From Octopus vulgaris (taxonomy: Eukaryota): a stretch of DNA of 64,000 nucleotides. How positions within the stretch are numbered: position 1 is the stretch's first letter; every line of letters starts with the position of its first letter. Shown here piece after piece: positions 46,613 to 59,830 of the stretch. The notes under the pieces are model-generated. The model saw only the letters and a program-made list of their open reading frames with translations. It was not told where the DNA came from and searched no databases. Both the position numbers and the translations under genes were made by a program. Location: positions 3,720,001-3,784,000 of the forward strand of contig OX597815.1 of the NCBI GenBank assembly GCA_951406725.2, read 5' to 3'.

Positions 46613-47150
46613 ATCTATCTATCATCCATCTATCTATCTATCTACCTATATATCTATCCATCTATCTATCTATCCATCTAGCTATTCATTTATCAATCTA
46701 TCTATCTGTCTCTCTGTTTACCTACCTATCAATCTGTCTGTGTGTCGGTTAATCTATTTATCATTCCTCCATGCGTCTGCGTGCCAGAGTATCCATTTTA
46801 CCTATAGGCATGTGTGTCGGAGCGTGTGATGTAATTGTGAGTAAAAATGTCCAAGTATCTCCATATATCAGACATGTCATCTTGGTAGGCAGGAAGGTAA
46901 GCAGTATCAACCATGACTAAAACTATTGATATTAATTATTCAATATATCAATTATATTATTTCTCATTCATTGTGAAAACATTGATTTACCACAAGGAAT
47001 TAAATCATCCTGTAATTGGCTATGAATTTTTTTCTCTCTTCTGTCAACCTTTCACCTGTGTATATATCACACTTAAAGCAATTCAAATTAAAACCATGTC
47101 AGGTGAGTGACGTTCCAGAAAATGCATACACACATGCACTCACACACACA

Positions 47151-47190
<40 letters not shown>

Positions 47191-47597
47191 TATTCATATA
47201 AAGGATGCGCTCTAAACAATGCTAGACATCTGTTATTTCCATCTAAAGCCGCATCCTACGTCGAAAGATACTTTAGGCATGTCAGCAATAATCCTTCACG
47301 GACCCAGAGACTTTACCTGTTTCTATATCCTTATTTTTCTTATCTATCATACAGCTGTCAACGGGGCCGGTTTAAGACCCATAGAGACCCCCAAAGCACT
47401 CAAAAGAACCTGCTGCCCCCATATGCACGTAATTCAAGATATAATCAAATATAAACCATAAAAAATTATTTTATTGTTCAAAATGAAACAAAATAGTAAA
47501 ATGGAAAACAATGTCCAGTTCGGAATACTTCGTCTTTATTTATATTTGTGTCAGAGAGGTCGCGGTGCTGAGGGCAGATTGAAATATATCCTTATAT

Positions 47598-47984
47598 GTG
47601 GAAGCACTTCGTCGGTTACGACGATGAGGGTTCCGGTTGATCCGAATCAACGGAACAGCCTGCTCATGAAATTAACGTGTAAGTGGCTGAGCACTCCACA
47701 GACACGTGTACCCTTAACGTAGTTCTCGGGGATATTCAGCGTGACACAGAGAGTGACAAGGCCGGCCCTTTGAAGTACAAGTACAACAGAAACAGGAAGT
47801 AAGAGTGAGAGAAAATTGTGGTGAAAGAGTACAGCAGGGATCACCACCATCCCCTGCCGGAGCCTCGTGGAGCTTTTAGGTGTTTTCGCTCAATAAACAC
47901 TCACAACGCCCGGTCTGGGAATCGAAACCGCGATCCTATGACCGCGAGTCCGCTGCCCTAACCACTGGGCCATTGCGCCTCCAC
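47598..47984 (-). mobile_element. Full-length SINE (family C variant) with an 11-bp TSD
   Basis: TGGCCCAGTGG A-box and GGTTTCGATTCC B-box. Perfect TSD TATCCTTATAT at 47587-47597 and 47985-47995. Confidence 0.92.
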
Positions 47985-48199
47985 TATCCTTATATACGAT
48001 ACGTACCAAATACAAATATGCTACATAAGTTTCACATAAACCAAGTGTAGGAATTTTTTCAGCAAAACTAAAGCCCTCAAATTTTTATTCATCGGAAATC
48101 TTTCGGTATGGCTCCTCGTGCGCATCTTGAACTGCCAGTCTCGTTCGTGTGATTGCAAGGAGTAATAAAATCATGTATAACAGGAAAGTTAAAAGTGAA

Positions 48200-48480
48200 T
48201 TCAATGATGCATGCGTGACATGCATGTGAAAAATATGATTTTGCCCACTTAATGCAATGTATAAGGTATTTTTCCCATGTACACAGTCAACGCAGCATAT
48301 GGCAGCCCTCGTTCAAAGATCTTCCATTTAATGTCATCATCAACGTTCTTCTCCTTCAGTTTCCATATGTAGTTGGTGAGCGTAGTTGTAATTTTCTTAA
48401 CGTATCTGAAAGATTTAGCATAACTAAAATAACGTTGCATATGCGAACAGGTGTATATAATGCGGCAATAATTATGCACA
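48200..48480 (-). mobile_element. Fragment of the GIY-YIG C-terminus of a second Penelope-like family
   Basis: Translates as KSFRY..TTLTNYIWKLKEKNVDDDIKWKIFERGLPY..LCTWEKYLI across a frameshift. Confidence 0.6.
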
Positions 48481-48964
48481 ACCAATGAACAAAAGTGCAA
48501 AAATATTGTTAACTTGCATGGAGCCTGAGAATAACTTCAGGGTGTGAACGCAAAATGCATTTGTAGGAAGGAACGCCTAAGCATTAGTAAGTGCGAATGC
48601 TGTATTTGAGGCCTTATCCTGATTCATCAGTTAAGTTTAAGAATCTGAACAGACTGACCACTAAATCGGTGCAAATCTATTCCACCATTATTCCATGCTT
48701 AAAGGAGCGTTTTAAGGATATTGCTAACACCAGGTCTTAAAATGAACCACATGAAAAGAAAATATATGCGGTCGGAAGACGTAGCACACGGGTGAATACT
48801 ACAAGTGGAAAGCGATGAAATATAATCAGACACCAGGAATTGCATTTCGGAAAGTGATGATGTAACTCTTCAATGTTGTAAAACAAAGAACTGTCAGTTA
48901 ACGACTGTAAAACTTGGTCCATAAGAAAAGCGGACATTTCATTCTAATTGACCTGATATGTATG

Positions 48965-49310
48965 TATGTCAGGTCGCTTTTGAGCGCTACTAGTAACATG
49001 TAACCCAGTATAACCTGTTGCGTGGTTGTATCGTCGGTGACTAAACTGGCAACCCCATCAAGCTTGCTTGGAGAGGAGGGGGATTGTTGGACACCCTGCA
49101 GGACAAATAAGATCTGTCAAAGGGCGGAAGAGCTCATAAGCAACCAACGGTCATTCAACAATATGTGTACATGGGTATATATGCGAGGGGACGTGGAAAT
49201 ACCTGGGTTGGTATCCAGGCGCGCGGTTGGCCCACTGGAAGCGAGAGGCCCGTCTGTTGTTGTCTCAATATTCCTCTAGGAAAGGAAAACTCAGAGAAAA
49301 CCTGCGACAC
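48965..49310 (+). mobile_element. Possible RTE-like LINE 5' UTR remnant
   Basis: GC-richer block ending CTAGGAAAGGAAAACTCAGA..AAACC, which resembles RTE 5' regions. No ORF follows. Confidence 0.3.
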
Positions 49311-49860
49311 TGACAATATTCGATGATGTTCTTCTTTACGAGTTTATGTTATCTATTTTCAGAAAGTAGGGATTGGATCTGTGCAAATCTTTTTCCCTAC
49401 AAGAAATCATCATGCATAGAGGCATTGCTTGAAAAAAGAGGACGACCTATCACAAAAATGGCTGGTCGTAGCCTTCGCATGTGTGGGACTTTAGATCAGG
49501 CTATGGCAATACTCCAACACGAGTTTGCAGCCATTATGTACGTATGTATAAGAGAATAAAAGAATAACAGAATGTATAGATTGTTTGAAGTGGTTTACAG
49601 ATTTCAAAAATAAAAAAAAAAACAGGTTGTCAGGATTTTTTATTTTGGATAAAAATTATTTATTTCGCACTTTCATCTCTTTTGAGAGATTTATCATGAA
49701 CGAAACATGAAGGAATCGTGATGAATCTCTGAAAAGAGATGAAAGCCCGTAATAAATCATTTTTAACCCGAATCAAATCCTGACTACTCCTTTTTTCTTC
49801 ATATATGTATATGCATATATATATACATATATATATACATACATACATACATATATATAT

Positions 49861-49953
<93 letters not shown>

Positions 49954-50044
49954 AAACAGCTGTAAGACTACATTTCTCTTTATAAATGCCCAATAAAGTC
50001 CACACAATCTTGCTTTTGTTTTCTTATTTTATTCAACACACACA

Positions 50045-50127
<83 letters not shown>

Positions 50128-50223
50128 CGGGAAGCTTTATGAAAATAAACAAAAGACGAAGGCAGGTGGAATATAAACAAACAATTGTATTAGTATGGCG
50201 CTCAGGAATATAAATAAAACAAG

Positions 50224-50261
50224 TCTTTTACGTTTCGAGCCTACTCTCTTCAACAGAAAGA
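50224..50261 (-). ncRNA. Hammerhead-like motif (CUGUUGA variant) in element 50126-50395
   Basis: Reads UCUUU-CUGUUGA-A-GAG aguagg CUC-GAA-ACGU-A-AAAGA. Confidence 0.5.
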
Positions 50262-50390
50262 TACACAGAAAAGAAACACAGATAGAAACAAGGAGAGAAA
50301 AAAATGCGTGCAGAAGCTAGCGAATCAACATGGCGATCTGATTCCGGCCAGAAGTCAAAGATCAAACGTGAGACGCAAGAGCGAAAATAG

Positions 50391-50443
<53 letters not shown>

Positions 50444-50490
50444 GGAGTGATATTGGACCAATGCGTGTATTTATTGTTATTGGCGTAATA

Positions 50491-50700
50491 AAGGCGGCGA
50501 GCTGGCAGAATCGTTCGCACGCTGGACGAAATGTTTAGCGGTATTTCGCCAGTCGCTACGTTCTGAGTTCAAATTCCACCGAGGGCGACTTTGCCTTTCA
50601 TCCTTTCGAACTCGATAAATTAAGTACCAGTTGCGTACTGAGGTTGACTGATACCCTCCCCCAAAATTTCAGAACTTATGCCTAGAGTAGAAAAGAATAT
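50491..50700 (+). mobile_element. SINE family B
   Basis: Runs from the AGGCGGCGAGCTGGCAGAATCG head to the CCTAGAGTAGAAAAG tail. Confidence 0.9.
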
Positions 50701-50922
50701 ATCTTGTATTGTGTTTGTCGACCGGTTTCGATTTCGCTATTCATGACATTAAAATTTATTTAAATACATATTTTCTGAAGTATTTCTTTAGTCCATGTTG
50801 TGTGTGAAATTTATGAGTGAATGATTCAATAAGTAGAAAACTCTAAGGGGAGGTAATTGCTTATCGTTATTATTGAAGGAAGGGGAGATAATTGTTCAGC
50901 TTTCGGTAGAGGACGGAAATTT

Positions 50923-50961
<39 letters not shown>

Positions 50962-51049
50962 AAGAAAAATTCAAAAACTAGATTAGTAGGGAGTGTACAG
51001 TGATTGGTATGTAATCGTGAATTAAAATAAGTAAAGATATCAAAGTTGG

Positions 51050-53950
51050 TTATGTGTGCATATTTAGACGTGTTCTGTATTTTTCGATGAAAAAAATTTC
51101 TTTATTTAAACATTCTTGTAAAGAAATTGTATCTTTGCACTGGTAGAAGGGGAAAATTGTGAAATTTGGTTTGATGTTACCTGCACATTTCTCTCTGTGT
51201 TCACTTAAAGGAATGTATCTGGATTGCGGGAACCGGGTCTACTCTTTATGTAGAGTGGTTGTCCGTCTCAATGTCATACTCGTCTGTCATATATAGTGAT
51301 GTCCAAAACCCGAGCAGGTTATAACATAAATTAGGTTCTCAGAGGCACAAGTGAAGTGGGTTTTAACTGTGAACCTCTCTCCTTGTTTGAAAATGAAATC
51401 CGAGCCTTCAAGTAGGTCGGGGAATGTTCCACAATTTGGGCGTCCACATTTTTAACCGTTGGTTTCGTGGTTGTTGTGTGAAGCTTCGCATTTATTAGAA
51501 GTCTTTTTAGTGATTTATGTTGCTTTTTGCATTTGATGAGTTTTTGCGCTTTCAGGACGTTGTTCATGTTTGGGAGATTTTGCACAATAGTGTTGTATGC
51601 CTCGTTGTTTCTAGGGTTATGGGTTTATATATACGGCAGTGTTTTGAGAGGAGGTGCGGTGTTATGCTTAATGTTTTTTATGTCTAATCCCTTAGCACGC
51701 TTAATTCCATCGTCTATAAATGAGGGTGGATATTGTCTTTCAGTTAGTGTTGTGCTGAGGTCTTGAAGACGAAGTTCCCGAGTAGTTCTATCAGACACTA
51801 CTGTGCAAATCCCTTTTGCCAAATTAAAGGGGATATTTATTTTGATGTGTTTGGGGTGGAATGAGCTAAAGTGGAGATATTGTTTCGAGTCCGTTGGTTT
51901 ATGACAGATGTCAGTTATAATTTGGTTGTTGACTTTTTTATCATAATATCCAAAAATGGGAGCTGTTCTTTGCTATATTCCATTGAGAATTGAATGTTAC
52001 TATTTATATCAGTTAGTGTTGATTTGAAGTCCAAACGTTTGTCAGTAGTCTCCTTCCAAATGATAAAACAGTCATCCAGGTATCTTTTCCAGCTTTCTCT
52101 TATGTAATGCTGAAATGGGTAACGATATTTTTGAAGTGGCATGCCATATATGGTGAATTCAAAATAACCCATTGTCAGGTTCGCAAGAACAGGAGCTGCT
52201 TTCGTTCCCATCGCAATTCCGCATTTTTGACGATTGTGTGTGTCATCAAATAGGAAATAATTGTTCAGAAGTATAAATTTTAAATATTCGATAATAAAGA
52301 TCTAATTTTTGCGTCCCGGGAGTACTTCGGGGTACTTTTCCAACCAGAATTTGATTGCTTTTATTCCATAGTCATGGGGGATGTTGGTGTAAAGATTGAT
52401 AAGATCGAAGGAAACCAATAACGCTTCTTCATTTTTGGTAGGTGTTCTAGCATGTCTAAATCGTCTCTAATGAAACTTTTGATGTATTTCAGCAAGGGTT
52501 TCGGTAGGGTGCCTAGAAAATTGCTTAGACAGAGAATTTCACAGGCTGGGCCAGCTATAATGGGCCTTAAAGTTAAGTCCTTGCCTGGTGATTGTTTGCA
52601 GGCTTCCTTAATTATGTTGCTCTAGTGTATTTTAAGTAGGCCGTAAAAATGACAAGGTTTACATTTGAAGTTCATGATTTAATCTGTTTCTTTTTCTGTC
52701 GGGCTTTTTCCATGTAGAAGAATTAAGGATGCAAGATTTTTCATTGCTTTTCGTTTTTTATAGCTTATAACTTTTTCGAAGAAGGCATCGTTTTCTGGTA
52801 AGGATAATACTAGGTTTTTATAGTATTCTGTGTCCATCAGAACTACAGCAGTTCCTTTGCCTGCTCCTTTAATTTATTTCTTTACTACCCACAAGGGGCT
52901 AAACACAGAGGGGACAAACAAGGACAGACAAACGGATTAAGTCGATTACATCGACCCCAGTATGTAACTGGTACTTAATTTATCGACCCCGAAAGGATGA
53001 AAGGCAAAGTCGACCTCGGCAGAATTTGAACTCAGAACGTAAAGACACACGAAATACCTATTTCTTTACTACCCACAAGGGGCTAAGCACAGAGAGGACA
53101 AACAAGGACAGACAAACGGATTAAGTCGATTACATCGACCCCAGTGTGTAACTGGTACTTAATTTATCGACCCCGAAAGGATGAAAGGCAAAGTCGACCT
53201 CGGCGGAATTTGAACTGAGAACGTAACGGCAGACGAAATGCGGCCACGCATTTCGCCAGGTCTTTGTCGATTTGTAGTTCAATTAGATTTTTTCCATTCT
53301 AGATTGTTGAGGTTCGAATTAATTTTTCGTTTATGGAAAGTATAAGGGAAATGGTGGATAAGGTCGCAGAAGTCATCTAGCGTTTTATTCCTATCTTTAT
53401 ATGGAAGGTAATTACTTCTGTTTTTGACCAGTGACTCGTCTTCGTTGTTGTAGTCTGTTAGTGCTTCTGCGAGTCGTAAGTTTTCTGCAAAATTCCAAAA
53501 TATTGTCTTTAATTTCATTATGGTCAGATATTCGTGGGGTTGGAGTAAACTTTAATCCTTTAGCTAGTATACTGATTTTTGTTGTAGAGAAAGTATTTCT
53601 TCGATAAATTTATTACTTTGGGTTTCTCCTGTAAGTTTTTTTTTCCAACGTGTGTCCCTTTTTCTCTCCAATCGGTCTAAAAAGTTTTTACTGTAATTTG
53701 GTTGGTAGAAGTTATTATTGGTGTTAATTAAGTCAGTGTTATTATTACTTATTATATTGGGATTGCTGGGAGGTTGGTGTTGCTGTCTGGGTAAACTGGT
53801 TGGAAGTACGGGGTTCGAGTTTCCTCGTTGAGAGGTGAAGGGAGTCTCTTGGACGTTTCTAGTTGCTGGGGAGAAAAAATTACTCGTAACCCTAGGTTGG
53901 TTTCTTCTAGTATTTCTTATTTGTGAGTTGTCCCTATTACTAGATTCAGA
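51050..53950 (-). mobile_element. Decayed Penelope-like retroelement (RT, Cys linker, C-terminal GIY-YIG; Neptune-like architecture)
   Basis: Motifs in order: VINLS..LAKGLKFTPTP; GKGTAVVLMD; LVSFDLINLYTNIPH; MGTKAAPVLANLTMG; WKRYLDDCFIIW; LPFLD; KCGRPNCGT; NLIYVITC..YI*QT. The terminal stop is at 51050-51052, and there are many internal stops and frameshifts. Confidence 0.93.
52875..53258 (-). mobile_element. SINE family B (two tandem body units) inserted into the Penelope-like ORF
   Basis: Two units of about 185 bp. The PLE frame resumes on both sides (LQIDKDL | IKGAGKG). Confidence 0.92.
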
Positions 53951-54123
53951 ATGATTTATATATATATATATATATATATAGTTTCAGATTGAGATGGGGG
54001 TTGTAAATGCAACCCACCACGGGATACTATATATCCAATATACTGCTAGTGAGGTACCCAACAAAGTTAATACATAAATGTTAAGAATTGCGATACAATT
54101 AATTCATTTCTCCATTTTCTTAT

Positions 54124-54173
<50 letters not shown>

Positions 54174-54268
54174 ATCCAAACAAAGAAGAACAAACAAGAA
54201 AAAACAATAACGCGAGGACGTGGTACAAGTATTGTATTATCAGACGCTAAGGAAAGGAAGGAAAAAGG

Positions 54269-54303
54269 ATTTAACGTTTCGAGCAAAGCTCTTCATCAGA
54301 AAT
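54269..54303 (-). ncRNA. Minimal type I hammerhead motif with complete core, in element 54168-54365
   Basis: Reads AUUU-CUGAUGA-A-GAGC uuu GCUC-GAA-ACGU-U-AAAU. Confidence 0.65.
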
Positions 54304-54370
54304 AGAAGAAAGTCCAAAAGAAGGGAAAATGGAGAAAGAAAATCGCCAGATACACACGCGGTTATATATA

Positions 54371-54437
<67 letters not shown>

Positions 54438-55156
54438 ATATGTATATGCATATATATATACACACACACACACATATACATATATTTATATATATGTATG
54501 CATATATATGTACATATATATATATACATACATGTATATAAATATATGTATATGTGTGTGTGTGTGTATATTTATATATATGCATATACATATATACATA
54601 TATATATATATGTGTGTGTGTGCGTGTGTGTGTAAACACAGGCAGAGATATTCATATTAACACGCACACACTCACATATTCACACAGACACGCGCGCGCG
54701 CGCACACACATACTGGACTTCATATATAAAAATATATAAAATCTCCTTATGTCCTTGTTGAAAGACTAACGGTCAATATTTTTTTTTTACTACCCCCAGA
54801 TAACAGAAGGACTTTCAACAGCCTTGCTACCCCGCACCACCGTACCCGTTTCTCTTGTTGCAGATGTAGTGAAATTATACCACCCTTATCGCATACCCGT
54901 ATCACACACCATATATTCCTGACATCCACCCATCACTACCCTTTATCGTTCACGACATTAGTTAAGTCATATATACACCCGCTCTCGATTCCTTCTCCCA
55001 AAACATGACATATTTGTCATACCCCTTTTCAATACCCCCTAACATATGTGGGTGAATGCCTGCGTGCGAGAGACAGACACAGAAAGAAAGAGAGAGAGAG
55101 ACAGAGCGAGAGACAGAGAGAGAGACAGACAGACAGAGTGGTTTAGAATGTGCCGA

Positions 55157-55735
55157 AGGCGGCGAGCTGGCAGAATCTTTAGCACGCCGGACGAAATGCG
55201 TAGCCGTATTTCGTCTGCCGCTACGTTCTGAGTTCAAATTCCGCCGAGGTCGACTTTGCCTTTCATACTTTCGGGGTCGATTAAATAAGTACCAGTTACG
55301 CACTGGTGTCGATGTAATTGACTTAATCCGTTTGTCTGTCCTTGTTTCTCCTCTCCGTGTTCAGCCCCTTGTGGGTAGTAAAGAATTAGGTATTTCGTGT
55401 GTCTTTACGTTCTGAGTTCAAATCTCGCCGAGGTCGACTTTGCCTTTCATACATTGGGGGTCGATTAAATAAGTACCAGTTACGCACTGGGGTCGATATA
55501 ACCGACTTAATCCGTTTGTTTGTCCTTGTTTTTCCTCTCTGTGTTCAGCCCCTTGTGGGTAGCAAAGAATTAGGTATTTCGTGTGTCTTTACGTTCTGAG
55601 TTCAAATCTCGCCGAGGTCGACTTTGCCTTTCATATTTTCGGGGTCGATAAATTTAGTGCCAGTTGCGTACTGGGGTCGATCTAATCGACGGGCCCCCTC
55701 CCTCAAAATTGCTAGCCTTGTGCCTAGAGAAGAAA
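55157..55735 (+). mobile_element. SINE family B with three tandem body units
   Basis: One head, then units starting TATTTCG at about 55208, 55391 and 55575. Confidence 0.92.
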
Positions 55736-56202
55736 AAAACAAAACGTGTCGTTCTGTCCATGCGTGTGTGCATTTAAGTCAAATCATGTGACTCTAGAAG
55801 TATGTGTCTTCATGTCAATGCGTGGGTCTGGTTCATTCCTTTTAATAATGTCCGCTTCACACACGTCTGTCTATAGGATACGTGTAGGCGCTTGTTGCTT
55901 CTGTATGTATATATATAACGTGTAGTGACTCAAACACACTCACACGTATACATATGTGTGTCCGTATGTGTGTGCTTGTGTGTCTGTGTGTGTGTATGTA
56001 TATGTATGTATGTATGTATGTGTATGCGTGTGTGTCTCTGTGTGTGTATGTATATGTAAGTGTGTGTGTGTGTGTGTGTGTCTGTGTGTGTGTGTGTGTG
56101 ACCGACAGAGTTTGTTCTTTCGAACGATAAAAACTTTCTACCCAAAACGAAATGCGTTTTTTTCGATTATGTGTGTATGCATAGATGTATGTGTGTATGT
56201 CA

Positions 56203-56269
<67 letters not shown>

Positions 56270-56937
56270 TAGATAGACAGACTGACAGACAGAAGACAGA
56301 CAGACAGACCTACTGACAGACAGACAGACAGATAGATGTATAGGTACAGATATACGTGTACACATACATATATACAGAGAAATATAAATATAAATATGTA
56401 TATATGCGTATGTTTATATACATGTGTGTATATAAAGATATAGACACACAATCACACACACACACGTACATACATACATACATATATTTGCATATACCTA
56501 CATAGATACGCGCCTGTGTGTGGTGGGCGTGTGTGGGGGGGCGCTCATACGTCATACTCTCATTTTTCCCCCACGCCTATCACATTCTCTCCACTCCCTC
56601 ACTCTCCTACTTTCCTCACCCCAACGCTCCTCCCCCTCCTCCTCTCTCGTCTCCCCTACAGCGCTGATATAAATCATAGCACCTTTCCTTCTTTCTTTCT
56701 TTCTACCTTTTTTTTGGCCGCCTCTCGCTGCCACCCGCAACTCACGTTGACGGCATATTTCAGTGAGGTACCATCTCCTCCTCCCATCCGAAATCTACCC
56801 AGACATATTGTAAATCATGCGTCCACCCTGCACCCGTTAAACGCTATACGCTTGTCTTAATCCAGCCACACGGCTGTTGGCAGATTCATGGGGCTTTCGG
56901 GATATTTATTTATTTACAACAGAAAGTCTATATAACT

Positions 56938-57041
<104 letters not shown>

Positions 57042-57154
57042 ATATACACTCATGCACACACGCGTACAAACGCATCTAGATAGATTAAGATATATATGTA
57101 CATGTGCCCCAGCTTGGCCACAGTCTGCTGGCTGAAACAACTAAAAATAAAGAT

Positions 57155-57201
<47 letters not shown>

Positions 57202-57210
57202 AATATATAT

Positions 57211-57270
<60 letters not shown>

Positions 57271-57559
57271 TATATAAGTATATGCATGTAATGCTATTAA
57301 TTTAGACATGGCCTTTGGTCAATACAATTATATAGATATATATGTATGTGTGAAATAGAAAGATGAATAATCTTGTAGTAGATTAATCAAAAGTTTAACC
57401 GATACCTTAGTAGCAAAAATCACAGCAGTAAAACAGCAAATGAAATAAAACGATTTCTGTTCAATCTGCGTTCAGCTCCATTTCTTCAATTCACCAATAA
57501 TGATATATATGTATGTATATATATATACATATATGTATATATACATTTTTATATATACA

Positions 57560-57621
<62 letters not shown>

Positions 57622-57630
57622 TATAACTAC

Positions 57631-57695
<65 letters not shown>

Positions 57696-58014
57696 TATAT
57701 ACATATATATATTTTTACGTCTATCTCTATATCTATCGGAGATGGACTTGCATAGCAAGTGATTTGATCTGAGATCGTGTGCTGGAACGAAAACAATTGC
57801 AGCGTGGAAGGTGTTTGTAAGCCATTTAAGAAACACACAAAAGCCGTTCAAAAGTTTAATTTGTCAAAATATTTTCGTCGCTATAAATGTTGAAGTGAAT
57901 CGAACGGCTTTTTGTGTGCTTCTTAAATGGCTTACAAACACCGTCCACGCTGCAATTATATATATCTATCAATTTATTAATATGCGTGTATATGTGTATA
58001 TATATATCTGACGT

Positions 58015-58380
58015 AAGCATGGCTGTGTAGTAAGAAGTTTGTTTGCCAGCCACATAGTTCCAGGTTCAGTCCCACTTTGTGGCGTCTTGGACAAGCGTCT
58101 TCTACTCCAGCCTCCTTCAGACCAAAGCCTTGTTAGTGGATTCGGTAGACGGAAACTGGAAGAAGCCCGTCCGAAATGTTTGTGAGTCTTTGCGTCTAGG
58201 CTTGTACCCCCACCACCGCTTGACCGCTGGTGTTTGTGTGTTTACGTCCCCGTCATTGCGCAGTTCGACAGAAGAAACTGATAGAATAAGGAGCGAGTTC
58301 AAACAAAAATTAAATAAAAAGTAATGGGATCGATTCATTCGATTATCTTCAAGGCACTACTCCAGCTTGGCCGCAGCCTA
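58015..58380 (+). mobile_element. SINE family A, diverged, short linker
   Basis: Both halves are recognisable. Confidence 0.8.
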
Positions 58381-58543
58381 GTGTTTTCATCTATTTTTTT
58401 TTATCACTTGTTGAATTTTATATTTCTTTTGTATTGGTGATATAAAAATTCGTTTGATTTATTTTTTTAAAGTCTGGTTTGGCGATGTACATATACGAGA
58501 CAGTGTTTTACATCCGGATACCCTTTCTGCTGCTAACCCTTAC

Positions 58544-58577
<34 letters not shown>

Positions 58578-58619
58578 TGAGGGAATACGATCCAGCTCAG
58601 CCAAAGTCAGTTGGGCCCA

Positions 58620-58990
58620 CTCCTCTTCATTATCAGCTCCGGCGTCTGGCGACGGACTTGGTAAACACCCACAAAGTTATCAACCACCTCACCAACAACA
58701 ACACTGAACACCTTTTTGATCTCCATGTGTCTAATACACGTGGACATGCCTACAAAGTCAGAAAACAACACATTTCCCATGACTTTCGGAAACATTTTTT
58801 CACGCTCAGAGTTGCTGAAGCATGGAATAAACTGCCTGCGTCAGTTGTTGACTGCCATGAGACTGCATCCTTTAAGGCCCTCATGCTTTCCGAAATCCGC
58901 CGAAACTACACCTGATTATATATACACTTTAGATGAGTTGTAGTGCACCTGAGCACTGTACATAATTATTATTATTATTATATTATATTA
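58620..58990 (+). mobile_element. CR1-like LINE 3' end with 3' UTR and (ATT)n tail
   Basis: Translates as LRRLATDL..NTRGHAYKV..RKHFFTLRVAEAWNKLP. Confidence 0.85.
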
Positions 58991-58992
58991 TT

Positions 58993-59830
58993 ATCTACAT
59001 CAACGACATAGTAGATGTCATTAAACATTCCACATTGAAAATCTTTGCAGCCATAAACGGTATGCGAGACTGAACATGCTTTCAGTTGGATCTGTTGGCT
59101 GTTGTCCAAAGAACAATATGCTTCTAAATGAAGATAAGTTTGATTTTATCCACTTTGGAAAAGAGGAGACTCTGAAATTACCCTATGCTTTTTCCCTCGG
59201 GCGACTCCCTAGTGTCATCCAACAACACCAAAGACCTTGGAGTAATTGTTGATAAGAATCTAAGCTGGAGTTCCTACGTAAACAGCAAGGTTGACTTGAC
59301 CCACAAGATGTGCTCCTGGATTCTGAGAACTTTCCAGTCTAGAGATGCCCACATTATCATCCCTCTCTACTCTAGTTTTTGCCCGACCATACGAAGCAAC
59401 TCATTATGAAAGTGGAAGCACTCCAGAGGTCAATAGCAAGAAAGACGGTATGAGAGGCATTGATTATTGGGGTCGACTAAAACAACTCAGCCTCTACTCT
59501 CTCCAACGCCGCCTGGAGCGTTACATCATTTGGGTGATGTGGAAAATATCCCATCAATATTGCACAAATGATGTTGGCATCAATTATAAAATCCGTCCAA
59601 GACTTGGCCCCCGTGGTATCCGCTCAATACAAAAATCGAACTCATAGCAACAACTACTTTACCTCAACCGGTTCAGTTCTCTTTAATACCACACCAAAAT
59701 ACGTCAAAACGGAAACGGATCCCATAAAATTCAAAAGTTCACTGGACAAATCTCTTCAAAAAATCCCAGACCAACTTCCTACACCCGGATATGTCTCCAA
59801 CAATAATAACTCTTTGCTAGAATCGAACCC
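58993..59830 (+). mobile_element. Decayed LINE RT C-terminal half
   Basis: Contains YINDI..KIFA; KDLGVIVDKNLSW; YWGRLKQLSLYSLQRRLERY; and FKSSLDKSLQKIPDQ. Confidence 0.88.

Noticed and set aside
47910-47984. tRNA-like head on the minus strand as a tRNA gene
   Set aside because: It continues into a SINE body flanked by an 11-bp TSD, and the acceptor stem does not close.
48965-49120. HDV-like ribozyme in the putative RTE 5' UTR
   Set aside because: I could not find a P1 partner or nested pseudoknot by eye.
51285-51292. In-frame TGA in the GIY-YIG motif (YI*QT) as possible selenocysteine
   Set aside because: It replaces the conserved Gly codon (GGA to TGA) in an ORF with many other stops and frameshifts, which is ordinary decay.
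52875-55735. Regularly repeated units as a CRISPR-like array
   Set aside because: The units are SINE bodies of about 185 bp without unique spacers, the context is eukaryotic and there are no cas genes.
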